A stretch of DNA of 64,000 nucleotides. Source: Laetmonice hystrix (taxonomy: Eukaryota). The notes beneath the pieces were generated by a model. The model saw only the letters and a list, made by a program, of their open reading frames with translations. It did no database searches and was not told the DNA's origin. Below are positions 24,761-37,043 of the stretch, piece by piece (the first letter of the stretch is position 1; every line of letters begins with the position of its first letter). The stretch spans positions 6,944,001 to 7,008,000 of the forward strand of contig OZ249436.1 in assembly GCA_965235115.1 (NCBI GenBank), in the 5' to 3' direction. The translations under genes and the position numbers were made by a program.

Positions 24761-26205
24761 TCGCCTCAATAATAAATCTACATGACAGAATAAAAACTGT
24801 TTGATTTGGGATGTGAGAATTCAGTTGAGATGTGATGATCACTTTCGTTTAAAATGAATGTAGGCCTATCCACTCTTTGGAATTTTGTATTTTGCAATGT
24901 TGCTGTAATCAGATCATGAAATTAGTGATGTGCCAAAATTATGAAAATCACTAAATTTGAAGATAGGAGGTTTCATCAGGACACGTGGTTTGAAGCTATT
25001 CCAAACATTACCTAACTAGGTAAATTATATCTTTGACGGATTGATAAACTTAGTAAATCTTCCTTACCTTGCCAGTTTACGTCCACTGACAATCACATGT
25101 ACCTTATAATTCGAGACAGGTAGAACTATTTTAAATTTTACTATCATCTACACATAGATTATCAAGCCTGTGCTGTGCAGTACAATGCGTACTCTGTCGT
25201 CAATCTCCAGCGAGAGCCGAGTGGACAACTACATCAGTTGTAAACGCTGATCTATCTTGATTTGCGGCCCCTTCTGGTACCGAGCTGGCGTGGACCTCTT
25301 GATTTATCAGTGGTCACTTCACCCATACGTTCAGCCACTGACGGCACAAATCGGCCTACCCGACACCGACCCACTTTATTGGCGTTAACTCTTACTGCAT
25401 ACCTGTCTTCACCATTAAAATATGTTTTAATATATTTATATTGACTGCTTTCGCCATGTGGATTCGACCAGTATCTGGTGGTTGCCTTCACCGAGCATTT
25501 CATTGACTCGTGTGTCAGTTTTGGAAAGCTCACGAATTTGATATAATAACCCATTAGGAAATTACAGTACAATAAAGGCATCTTTTTCCTCAGCCCCTGA
25601 ATGCCTCCAATGTTCCATGGAATTTAGCCCCACATTTTTGCAGCTGGCGATATCAGCGAGGTGTCTTTTGTCTTCTGATTTGTCAATGCTGGCATGCAAC
25701 AGCTCTTATGCCCTTCTGACACGCCATTGCCTCATTGGCCAGGAAGTCCACTGTCACAGCCATGTATTTAGCAAATTGTGACACTATTGCTGAACTATTA
25801 TTCCTCATAATAACGGTCTTTATGCTGGGGATAATAGGTTAGATGATCGGTCGGGGTAAATATTGACAGACTCGGACTGAGATCGAAAGCTTGCCTCCTG
25901 TTCCATTCCGCGTGCCATATCGCTATCCAGTGATAGAGGAGAAATGGGCTCTGGCCATGTATATGGGGGTCATTTCTGGTTCTTAGTTCTGTCAACAACT
26001 CGGCAGTTGGTGTCCATTCTGTGGGTTATGTCTCACACACAGGACGTCATGCAGTCCATGCACACTTTCTTTACATGTTTGCAGGGTCGTCATTAATGTT
26101 TTATGAGTCACTGTAATGATAAAGGGCGACTTTATGAGTGACAAAATGGCTCGCAAGCACCACACGCAGTTCAACCTAATGGAGGTTTTAATGTGGTTGT
26201 ATGAT

Positions 26206-26351
26206 NNNNNNNNNNNNNNNNNNNNNNNNNNNNNNNNNNNNNNNNNNNNNNNNNNNNNNNNNNNNNNNNNNNNNNNNNNNNNNNNNNNNNNNNNNNNNNN
26301 NNNNNNNNNNNNNNNNNNNNNNNNNNNNNNNNNNNNNNNNNNNNNNNNNNN
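26206..26351. other. Assembly gap (146 N)
   Basis: Run of N, with CT-rich low-complexity sequence on the right flank. Confidence 0.99.
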
Positions 26352-27857
26352 TCTTCTCTCGCCCCCTCTCTCTCCCTCCCCTCTCTGTCCCACTCTGGCA
26401 AGATCTTGAATGCCCACTAACAAGGATGGTCCTGACCCTAGATCTGTACCACTTTCATGTATAGGGATCGTTAGTTTAAACTGTCCTTTATTCGCCTGTT
26501 ATTCCTGATACTATAGCCCGATTCACACACATTTCAACCATGTAACAACGATAACTTAAAACGACCCATGATATGTTTCCTCCCATGGACGTGATCCCCG
26601 CGGCATGACTTGAAGATTTGTAACCTTGTACAAACGGAACAAACACCAGTTGTTCTATTGGCGCGCTCTGGTGGAATCCCACAGCGGATGCAACTCGTTG
26701 CCTCCCATTGCAGACTCCTGAAGTTTCCTGCCTGTTGTAAATAATGAATGGCACAGCTTGGCGTCTGTGCTTGGAGGCAGCGAACCCCCACGATCATTAA
26801 CTGTCCATGGCACCAATATACACAGGTAATGGCGGCGGCACGAGGAAACAGCCACGATGTCCGCGATGAAACATTTATGAGCAGCTCTGACAATGGCTGC
26901 AGGAAAGCAATGCATTATGCTATGAGCTCAAAGCAGAGCCGAGGGACCGGCAGACTGACAAAGCCAACGAATTCGCTCAAATAGCATGTCGTTTCATTCG
27001 ACACACATACAGAGAATATATTTGTATTACCTATCACTAAACGTGTAAACATCTCCTGAACGGCACCGAAATATGACGTGTTCTAAGTGAAATAACATCT
27101 TTATGAGCCCCTTCACTGATCATTTGGCGGAGGAAGCTGATTTGCATTGGTCGCAATGGTTGGATTCCCCAAGGAATCAGACTATTATCGTTTCAGAGGC
27201 ACCTTGTCGGCTTAGTGGGCAGGCTTTATGATGGGGCTATGTAAACGGGGAAGGGATCGATCACGGGACAGAATGCTGATGACAAATTGGGCTCCACCAT
27301 GGCCGTATTCGGTGATGAATTGCGGGTCCCAGCCATTAGCCCTACTATTACTCCACATACAAGAGCCATTACTGCCAGAAAATGGCAGACAGAACTTTGT
27401 CCACAAAGCAACCATCATCAAGAGAATACCTTACCCAGGTATACACAAACATAATACATATGAACTCTTTTTGAAATCCGATGATGACTCACATTTCTAG
27501 CTGCACAATCCCACCGTTTGAATTGAGAGAGCCAGTGCACATGGCTGTAAACGTCACTGTCTGATCAAGCCAGCACGTGTGTGATAATGGGGCACGTACA
27601 ATGCGCTCCTCAGGTTGAACCACACCTACTTTGCAGCCCCACCCTACCACTCAGGTGAGAAGACTTCATTCTCATTATGACAATGGAAAGGTACGTAGGG
27701 GTAATCTTACATCCACTTTACATCTCCTATCCGCCATCTTCTCATGATAATTACCAGTCCTCAACATGTCAATGTTTGCAACTACGCCCAACACTCCAGT
27801 GATCAAAGGCTGTCGAACTCATATTTAGGCAGAGAATGTTCTCTTCCATTTGTTCTC

Positions 27858-28101
27858 TGTTTACCCGACGCCTATAACCCATGTTTACCCGACACCTATA
27901 ACCCATGTTTACCCGACGCCTATAACCCATGTTTACCCGACGCCTATAACCCATGTTTACCCGACGCCTATAACCCATGTTTACCCGACGCCTATAACCC
28001 ATGTTTACCCGACGCCTATAACCCATGTTTACCCGACGCCTATAACCCATGTTTACCCGACGCCTATAACCCATGTTTACCCGACACCTATAACCCATGT
28101 T
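27858..28101. repeat. 24-bp minisatellite, 10 near-identical copies
   Basis: Unit tgtttacccgacgcctataaccca. Copies 2 and 10 carry a G>A change. Confidence 0.98.
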
Positions 28102-28169
28102 ATACAGCAGAACACTGACAGGGACAATACACGGGTATTCCCCCATGGTAACATCCACACCAAAGCGGG

Positions 28170-28857
28170 GCTTACGGCTTCTGATTGGCTGGTCTGCTTA
28201 GACCAGCCAATCAGAAGCCGTAAGCTTAAGCTTAAAGGGAAATGTGAGTGTTCAAAGCGCCACCTAGTGAGTCGCGTTGGTATCACTGGGGAAATGTGAG
28301 TATTCAAAGCGCCACGTAGTGAGCTTTAACAGAAAAATGTTTGGCTTATTTATGCAGTCAACTAGTTTGATGTGGAAATCAGTAGTATTTTTTAAACCAT
28401 GAACCAAAGTTTGGGCCAGAACCTGTCTACTCCATTGAATCCTATAGTTAAGACCCGTGTTTTACCAAGGCACTGACTGTTTGGCAGGCTGCAACTTTTT
28501 TTTTAATTCGGTGACCCCCAATTTTTTTTGTTTTAAACTATTAGTCCTGATCCACTTGATCTTGTCACCGAGTTTCAGGAAAAAATTGGTGGTCATTTTT
28601 TAACTATTAGTCAAAATGTCTGAAAAATCCTGTTTTTCCCATTGAAACCTATAGTAAAGACCCATTTTTTACGGAGGCGTTTATAAAAAAATCTAATTCG
28701 GTGACATATGATTTTTTTTGTTTCTTTGTACTCCTTAGGACAAAGGCTATCCCCCATAAAAATATTTTGAAAATTCTAGTGGTCAATCAAATTCCGTCGA
28801 ACACTCACATTTCCCTTTAAGCTTAGCAAGATCTTATTTTGTTTTACGAACTGGGCC
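28170..28857. mobile_element. Truncated foldback MITE (GGCC-ended, Harbinger-like), interrupted by a Kolobok-type element
   Basis: Perfect 26-bp-arm palindrome at 28170-28225 (loop GCTT). The right arm continues past the nested element as (AAGCTT)n...gttttacgaactgggcc to 28857. The left arm is missing upstream of 28170. The superfamily call rests on the terminus only. Confidence 0.55.
28236..28817. mobile_element. Non-autonomous Kolobok-type DNA transposon (582 bp)
   Basis: Perfect 17-bp TIR AGGGAAATGTGAGTGTT (28236-28252; reverse complement at 28801-28817), with TTAA on both sides (28232-28235, 28818-28821). A purine-purine terminus after TTAA fits Kolobok rather than piggyBac (CC). Internal direct repeats are present and there is no ORF. 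Confidence 0.85.
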
Positions 28858-29015
28858 TATTTTTTTTATAGGAGTAGTGATATATTCTAGTTCTTACCAC
28901 CAATATTGGTGGAACTGTTACCATGACGGGCCTAACAAGTGCTAACATAATCTACATTCACGGCAACTTTATATAAAGTTACAACTCAGCAAACAAACGG
29001 TCGGCCTACAGACTA

Positions 29016-30099
29016 TAGGGCCTGAGTTCGAGAGTTAGGTTAGGTGGGCTGTGTCAGTTAGACACTATACGGCCTGAGTTCGAGAGTTAGGTTGGGTGGG
29101 GCCGTACGGCCTGAGTTCAAGAGTTAGGTTTGGTGTCGCTGTGTCAGTTAGACACCATACGGCCTGAGTTGGAGAGTTAGGTTGGGTGTGGCTGTGTCAG
29201 TTAGATACAGCCTGAGTTGGAGAGTTAGGTTGGGTGTGGCTGTGTCAGTTAGATACGGCCTGAGTTGGAGAGTTAGGTTGGGTGGGGCTGTGTCAGTTAG
29301 ATACGGCCTGAGTTGGAGAGTTAGGTTGGGTGTGGCTGTGTCAGTTAGATACGGCCTGAGTTGGAGAGTTAGGTTGGGTGTGGCTGTGTCAGTTAGATAC
29401 GGCCTGAGTTGGAGAGTTAGGTTGGGTGGGGCCGTGTCAGTTAGATACGGCTTGAGTTGGAAAGTTAGGTTGGGTGGGGCCGTGTCAGTTAGACACCATA
29501 CGGCCTGAGTTGGAGAGTTAGGTTGGGTGTGGCTGTGTCAGTTAGATACGGCTTGAGTTGGAGAGTTAGGTTGGGTGGGGCCGTGTCAGTTAGACACCAT
29601 ACGGCCTGAGTTGGAGAGTTAGGTTGGGTGTGGCTGTGTCAGTTAGACACGGCCTGAGTTGGAAAGTTAGGTTGGGTGGGGCCGTGTCAGTTATACACCA
29701 TACGGCCTGAGTTGGAGAGTTAGGTTGGGTGTGGCTGTGTCAGTTAGACACCATACGGCCTGAGTTGGAGAGTTAGGTTGGGTGTGGCTGTGTCAGTTAG
29801 ATACGGCCTGAGTTGGAGAGTTAGGTTGGGTGGGGCTGTGTCAGTTAGACACCATACGGCCTGAGTTGGAGAGTTAGGTTGGGTGTGGCTGTGTCAGTTA
29901 GACACCATACGGCCTGAGTTGGAGAGTTAGGTTGGGTGTGGCTGTGTCAGTTAGATACGGCCTGAGTTGGAGAGTTAGGTTGGGTGTGGCTGTGTCAGTT
30001 AGATACGGCCTGAGTTGGAGAGTTAGGTTGGGTGTGGCTGTGTCAGTTAGATACGGCCTGAGTTGGAGAGTTAGGTTGGGTAGGGCTGTGTCAGTTAGA
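29016..30099. repeat. 48/53-bp G-rich minisatellite, about 21 copies
   Basis: Unit tacggcctgagttggagagttaggttgggtgtggctgtgtcagttaga, with or without cacca. It explains ORFs 29182-29508, 29898-30119 and the start of 29932-30684. Confidence 0.98.
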
Positions 30100-30467
30100 A
30101 GGGTGACTGACACTGTCATGCCTCCCCCAGTCGTGGCTCACGGGCCGTGCCCCTGTCTCATCCCTCCTGGGGGTTCCCCACCTGTCTCCACCCCGCCCGC
30201 CCCATTGACAGTTCCTGGCCACAAGATAAGGTGGCCGACCGTGGTCAGATCAGGGGTCAGGGCCTGCCATCAGTACTGCCCCCTACCGGGCCAATACAGC
30301 CACACCAGACATTCTTACGTCCAGCAACGCACGGCAGAGTTGTCTTGGATCCATTCATTCATCTTTCATCTGTCTACTCGTTGTAGCATTCGGCAAAACG
30401 GGAATTTCCCAGGGGATAACGCTCATCATATTCTTGGCTTGACCTCTAAGGCCCCTTGGTTGTACTT

Positions 30468-30563
30468 AAGGATGAAAGGGGGTCAAGCTCTCTGGAATCC
30501 TCTAGAGGTACCTGGAAGGATGAAAGAGGGTCATGCTCTCTGCAATCCTCTGGGGGTACCCCA
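30468..30563. repeat. 48-bp diverged tandem duplication
   Basis: aaggatgaaag(g/a)gggtca(a/t)gctctctg... at 30468 and 30516. Confidence 0.85.
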
Positions 30564-31766
30564 GGTTCTCCTCTTCCCTTACCCTTTACTCACCCTCCTT
30601 CACCCCAATGGCACGTCTATTAAAGCAGACTTGTCGCTGGCCCCTTGGGACTGGGGACAGAAAGTGGTATCAGTGGTCACATGACCATTAGGTTAGCCGT
30701 GAGGGTAGAGGTACCTGGCTGTATCTGTACAATCCCCCACCCCCACCCCCCACCCCGCTCCATCAACCAACTCGCCATCACCATCAGTGAATTAATAAAT
30801 GATACCAACCCTGTGTCCTACTGTCACACATGTATATTTCAGGCGTGCTTCTCCCAGGATGCATCTGGAGCAGTCATATTTTGATGGCTTCACGTTCCCT
30901 TTCCGGCTATGACCCATACTTTATAGGAAATGATTTAAACTGTACGTACAGTACTTCTTGCTCCTGTAGCCAACATGTAATAGAACTGTAGTTCTTTTAA
31001 CATAAAATAATACCATTTAAAATTTCAAATAACATAGAAATAAAACAACATGCTCACAGCCACTTTTTATATCTTTCCTAATGCATCTTCTTTCATTGAC
31101 CCCCGTTTTGGAGGCGGACCCCATTTACCTATTATCCGCCTCTTCTAGGTTAACAGAACAAATTTGGAGCTGTAGAAAAAGCGGCATGCATATCTTTCCG
31201 TTTCACTTTCTCTTATTCTACAATACTGCGTGTTTGCCTCTAGCCTGCCGAAGTCCCCAGCTGTTAACGCAGGCTTGTGGAAAGTCACCACGTAGAAATC
31301 TGGCAATCCGTATTGACGTGCGGAATTCGCAACAAGCTAGATCTGGTTTCACGGGGCCGTACCTCATGGGAGGAGGCCACACGGCACAGCCACCGGGCGT
31401 GGACTGCCATGATATTCGTTTACTTGTTAGCGCCAGCCTAATGAGGGATTTCGTTTCAGTCCCAGTTTGTTTAAGACCCCCCTCGTCACCTTTTTGCTTT
31501 CTTTTTTTTTGGATAACAAAGACACAAATTGTCTATTATCTGTGCGACCTTAGCCAGGTTCCCCTCGTCCCTTTCCTGTCTCTATCTCAGCACCATGCAA
31601 GATGATGAACACCAAGTGAATGTTCTCTAGTCTGTATTTAACAGACGTAACCATTGGCACGAAGACTCATTTCAACGGTATATCTGGTTTATTCGTTTTA
31701 TACAGTATAGTCCAATTCAGAAGTTTTTGGTTTTTCTTTCAAAAACCTACGTTTAGTCATGACCTG

Positions 31767-32030
31767 GGCCCGGTTTTTTTGTTTACTTTTCCAACGTGAG
31801 CAAGGGTGAGCTGAGCTGAGCATGGGTGAGCAGAAGCTCATGCTCACCGTTTTGCTCACTGTTTTCGTTTTTTTGGGGGTGTTTTTCCGCGAGCTTGCTC
31901 ACCATGAGCACGCCTCATGGGAAAAGGCAACCAAAAAAAACGAAAAAACGGTGAGAATGAGCTCATGCTCACCCTTGCTCAGCTCAGCTCACCCTTGCTC
32001 ACGGTGGAAAAGTAAACAAAAAAACGGGCC
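31767..32030. mobile_element. PIF/Harbinger-type MITE (264 bp)
   Basis: Inverted arms of about 70 bp (ggcccggtttttttgtttacttttccaacgtgagcaagggtgagctgagctgagc... and its reverse complement), with a 3-bp CTG duplication at 31764-31766 and 32031-32033. GGCC termini with a CWG or TWA 3-bp TSD are typical of Harbinger. Confidence 0.85.
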
Positions 32031-32146
32031 CTGGTGTTTATGGATTACATTCGGACTCGGATGAAACGTTCATCGTCAAACAAACGGCCGTGAACCTCAT
32101 TAAGACCTGTGTGGGCACTGGACCAACCACTGCTGACCTGAACACC

Positions 32147-32224
32147 TCAGGCCAGCTGGGGGTAGAGCTGGAACTCTTGGATCAGGTCTTTTATCTCTCT
32201 CTGGATCATCTGCTCGTCAGCCAG
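32147..32224 (-). CDS. Candidate terminal exon or relic of unknown protein: LADEQMIQREIKDLIQEFQLYPQLA*
   Basis: Protein-like composition with CAG/CTG/ATC/GAG codons and a preceding AG. The plus-strand ORF 32090-32341 reads like an antisense shadow. The polypyrimidine tract is weak. Confidence 0.25.
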   Translation of the reverse strand: MADEQMIQREIKDLIQEFQLYPQLA

Positions 32225-33000
32225 CTAATTCGTCAAAGGCCAGCTCGGCTGGAGGTGGGCAGAGCACCGGATGCCCCCTGCCTGGCGAGGCCTGGGTGGG
32301 CCCTTCATACCTGTGTTTGGACCCTGCTCACAGCCAGGTGAGCCGGGGGGAGGGCGTGTTGTGAAGTCCTTGTGAGAACCTGAAGGATCCAAGTATGATC
32401 TGTATACAGGTAGGTAATAGGCACCTGTGACACCTGGCCAGCTTCAGGGCTGTCATGTTGATCTGAAGGTGAATGCTGTCGCTGCTCAGGTGGGACTGCA
32501 GCCTTCTACATCTACAGCTGGAAACTGTTCAAACGCAGGAGGCACACATCAAACACAGCAATGACACACATGAGGGGAGGGCAAAGCCGAGTCAGCTCGT
32601 GTGAAGTTGTGTTTAACATGGAACATGTTAACAGGCCAGCCCGTCAATAAATATGGGGTGAAAAGTGATAGCTCCTCATTAACATAGCGAGACCTACATT
32701 CAGACCTGCCATCTTACTGATGTTTGGTCGCTCATTGACCAGTACGTCATCCTTCCCACTGCCAGGACGGTCCGTGGACCGGCTCGTGTCAACAATGGGC
32801 ACACATTATAATATAATATATCAATCGTTTCCTAAGGCCATGCTCCTCTGGAAAATTTATATTAAAAAAAGACATCAAATAATGCAACCTAAGAACGTCT
32901 TGTTTGGAAATATGAAGATTTCCTTTGGTTAAAATAATGCACTTTTTACACTCCTGTTTTATAAAAAAACGTCCTTAATATAGGCTAGTAATTTTCTTCA

Positions 33001-33050
33001 AGGGGGGGGGGGGTTCCGGTTACTCGGAAACCCCCCTGGATACGCCACTG
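33001..33050. mobile_element. Solo end of a CAG(G/T)GGCG-terminated MITE
   Basis: Poly-G, a short hairpin and terminal ctggatacgccactg, related to the TIR of the 42148-42317 element. Confidence 0.5.
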
Positions 33051-33794
33051 GTATAACACGGAACCATACCGGGACCCCCTGTACACACAGTGGATTCACT
33101 CCCCCGTTAAACCCCAGTTGATTAGTGATGTCAGCAATGTGTTTGCAGGACGGCGGGGGTTTAGTGAACCAGCGGGACTCCACAAACAGACGGCAGGGGT
33201 AAAACTCACAGATTTCACACTAAGGGGCCCCACGTCCACGACTACTCGTTCCCAACCAACACCCTGCTTCATGTCTGCGCCAATATGGCGTCTTCCTCTG
33301 CCAAACTCCCGCTGAGAAACGCGCAGAAATATGTCGGCATTATGTGCGCTGAATTGAACATTAGTTCTTCCAGAAGACACAGCAGAACACCAGCTCCTTC
33401 GGTGGGCAATGTCCCAGCATGCAATAAGTCAAAGGGTGATCTCCGTTAAAAAGTTGTAGGGGAATGGTAGGGTGCACCGCCAGGGTCTAGCCCGGCCTTG
33501 CCCACCAGGGGGCCTACAACATTTCTCTGAACTCACAGGGGCTCTCAAAACAAGTATTCGCTAAATTAAACACAATTCTTTGGTTAAAAAGAACTAAGAA
33601 CCACTAATAAAACATACTGGCAATGTGCGCTCCATGTAATGAGATAGCAAGGATCGACTGCACTGATTGAATACATGTGTGGGTACAATACGACAAGCCA
33701 TGCACCATACACTGCGTTAACTCTGCAACCAAAGTTAGTCACAAACTTCTCCAGGATTGGGTTATTCCCCCATTCAAACATTCCACCGACATTT

Positions 33795-33976
33795 GGTTAG
33801 TGGTCAGGGTTAGGGGTACAGGGCTAGGGGTATAGGGTTTGGGGTATAGGGTTAGGGATATGGGATATAGGGTTGGTGGTATAGGGTTAGGGGTATAGGG
33901 TTAGGGGTATAGGTTGGGGTATAGGGCTAGGGGTACATGGCTAGGGATATTGGCTTAGGGATAGAGGCTTAGGGTG
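33795..33976 (+). repeat. Degenerate telomere-like G-rich tract (TTAGGG/TATAGGG/CTAGGG variants)
   Basis: More than 15 GGG(G) runs with 3-5 nt spacers, about 14-bp period (ggttaggggtatag). Confidence 0.9.
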
Positions 33977-35384
33977 TACGGATACGTTTTTAGTGGAATT
34001 CTGCGACCCGGGGGGAGGTTTCAGGATTATTTTTGGGGTTAGAAAGAGCAATATATTTTTAGTTCTTACGTCAAATTTGTTGGAGATGATAAATCTTAAT
34101 TATCATAATTTACGCAATACAAACTATATTGTATATGAAAATGAAAACATTGCGAGATGAAATCGAGAATTTATCGAGAGGAGAGAAGGTAGAGACCTTC
34201 GATCCATTCATTGCCAGTATACGTGTTTAAGGTTTTAGTCACCCAGCTGTATGGAAATTCAACTTGAACCAAGCAGCCCTAAGTGAACACAAAGAGACCC
34301 GAGTCCAGGTGACACCATTTGTATATGATAATAAGTAACAAGATACTAAGGGCAGGCGACTTTAACTGCTGCACTGGACACCAGTAATCTATATTCTCTT
34401 CTCATGTTCCAGGACTCTATGGACGGCACACATTCACAGAGAACAAACTTCATCCATAAACTCGTTTTGGAAAACTGTCATCTTTACGTCAAACTGTCAG
34501 CTTTCTGTTCAGAATAGTATTCATGTATATGGTTGTGTCCATTATGTTAGCCTTGTGGGACTTCAATCCAGAGACTGAACACAATCTGTCACATAGCAAT
34601 GACACCGTCATATATCATTGACTGACACAAATCACTGACACTTCTCAACTTAACACAAATCCTAACACATTGAGCGTAACGAACACTTTGGGGAAATTTC
34701 CCTTCCAACCTGTCCAAATAGACTATACCCTTGAAAAATGTGAAAAAACATTCTCAGAGTCAAATAAACATTAGCATTCTGTTTACATATGTAAAGAATG
34801 CAAAGCGAACTCAGGTGTCATGTTTCAGGTGTAGTTTGCTCCTGATGTGTGACTGCCTTCAGAAAATTAGCAAGTCAAATCTGTCAGTTCTCACGGTGTC
34901 AAGTCCAATTTTGACTTGGCTGAGAGTTGGGCAAACAACGGCCCCCTTTTCTATCCGTACTCTAATCCGTCCATAGATTGACCCTCATGGCACTGAAACA
35001 CACTGCTTTCTTTCTGTCACTTTTATTAATCTGAACAGAATAAACAGTGGCTGAGTAAATGATCCGTGAAACCTACCGAGGAAGACATGGCTTTCTGTTC
35101 CCGACCAAACTTACAGAAAAATACATCGGCGCGGTGTGAGTCTTTGACAGATTACTAGGGTCTTACTGACACCTTTCATCTGTACATTTTACTCACAGCC
35201 GTTCTGAAGTGGGATATCAAACAACTTGGTTTTCCCTGACTTTATGGCCATCTTTAACTATCTATTCCCCATGCAAGTCCTCCCCCCCCCCTTCCAGGAA
35301 ACCCGCCACTCGGCGGCCGTTTTTCATATAGGCCTATACTTATTTAAGAGGTTACTAAGAGGTTATTGTACATACATCAAGTCC

Positions 35385-35485
35385 CCCCCCCCCCCGTTGC
35401 AAAATCCTGGATGTAGCCCCCCAGTTGCAAAATCCTGGAAGTAGCCCCCCCCCCCCCCAGTTGCAAAATCCTGGATCCGCCCCTG
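35385..35485. mobile_element. Relic MITE end with three internal ~30-bp repeats
   Basis: gttgcaaaatcctgga occurs three times, separated by poly-C, ending in ctggatccgcccctg (35471-35485), which is the reverse complement of the 42148 left TIR. Confidence 0.55.
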
Positions 35486-37043
35486 CATCTGGTGGAAATT
35501 GACGATAATATCAAGTATATACTGCAGGTGACGGTGACAATCAGACCCCAGAACCTGCCATTGTAGAACGTGGCTGTTGGACCTCCCCTCTCGTAATCTC
35601 CAGGCTATTAAAGAATACGATAATTATCATTATCATCTCACCAACCTTATTAAAGAAGGCATAGCGCTAATGAAGATTATAAACCAAACCACTTGGCCAC
35701 TAATGAAATCATTCCCCTGTCCTCACGATCTCTGGCGGAATGAACCTTGCTGGCCGGCCATATATATGCTACAATGTTTCCAATTAGCCCCTGTCTGGTT
35801 GTGTTTTGGAGGCCATCGGTCAGTGGCCCTGAAACACCTGCGACTGGTCAGTAGGTAGTTATCGGTCAGGCGGCAGTGGCGACGGGCGACTGACCGTGTC
35901 TGGGAACCACCACCATGTCTCCACGTATGTGGGCTGTACGTACATACATACGTACGTCCCGAGAGAATCCAACAGACCCTACTTTCTCCAGGGATTTACA
36001 ATGTACATTATTAACGGATATTACATGAAGGCGCTAGGTAAAGATGGTATTATGCCGCGATAATATCACACTTGCGCACACTGCTGTAACTCGAAACAGC
36101 TGAAGTGTTTTTCATCTTGTTTGGGGGTACATCCTTTTTCTCCTCACTACTTACACCTGGTAAACCCATGTACTTGTGAACCTAGATAATTCTAGCTTTT
36201 GTTCATGTGAAGTTTCAATGACGTAAGGGAACACTGCTTAGATAACAAAGAACTTCCACCCAAATTATCAAACACGAAACGGGAGCTTGTTCCAATACCC
36301 ACCAACTGAACCCCACCAGAGTGTTGTCCTGACCGTGAGAACCTAAAGTGGCGCTGCAGCAGCTGCCCAGATGCGACCAGCGCGGGGAGGTGACCCTGAA
36401 AATGTGTACTTGGTGGATCAATGTGGAAGAGGCCAAGGAACGGTCAGTGGTCAGCGATTACTGACCACTCCCTGAAACATATGTTCTCAACTCACCCTCC
36501 TTCTGCTGAGGTCATCAACTTATACACTCAACTGTGAATTCAGAGAGGTTGTATTGGCGGCTAAAACCGACCACACCCTATAGCTGCTCGCATGGTATGT
36601 TTCTGCATTAATACCAAGATCATACCACAGAACTGCCGCAAAGTGATTAAGCAATGGTTATTGTGACTATGGATATTATATACGTGGGTATTATACGTTG
36701 TGTGAAATCCATTCTTTCATTGTTATGTTATTATTCAGTCGCATATATTATTCTAAATTATTTTCAAACAAATCTCACATTCTATTATATATCTGCATCA
36801 GTTTTTGTATGCTGCTGACACGTTACAGTGTTATCATAACAACATTCTCAGATCCCTTCCCCCTCCACACCACAGGGCGATTGTGAAACTGTCCAGTTGG
36901 ACAAACTCTTAATTCATCCTCCCAATATGCAGTAACTCCAGACTAAGATGAAATCGCGCCCCAGCAGCCGGTCAACCAGCAGCAGCAGACAACGTTGGGC
37001 TGTCCATCTATTGTGGAGGCCGGCCGGGGTCCTGAGATCAGCC

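Noticed and set aside
25992-26464. ORFs spanning the N gap
   Set aside because: They are artefacts of N translating without stops.
27744-28299. PDAYNPCL / YPTPITHV / RRRVNMGY repeat proteins
   Set aside because: They are alternative frames of the 24-bp minisatellite.
29182-30684. 250-aa ORF and neighbours
   Set aside because: The N-terminal half is the 48-bp array and the remainder has no recognisable motif or coding bias.
31081-31605. 174-aa ORF
   Set aside because: It has an alternative TTG/ATG start in low-complexity T-rich sequence, no coding-like composition and no motif.
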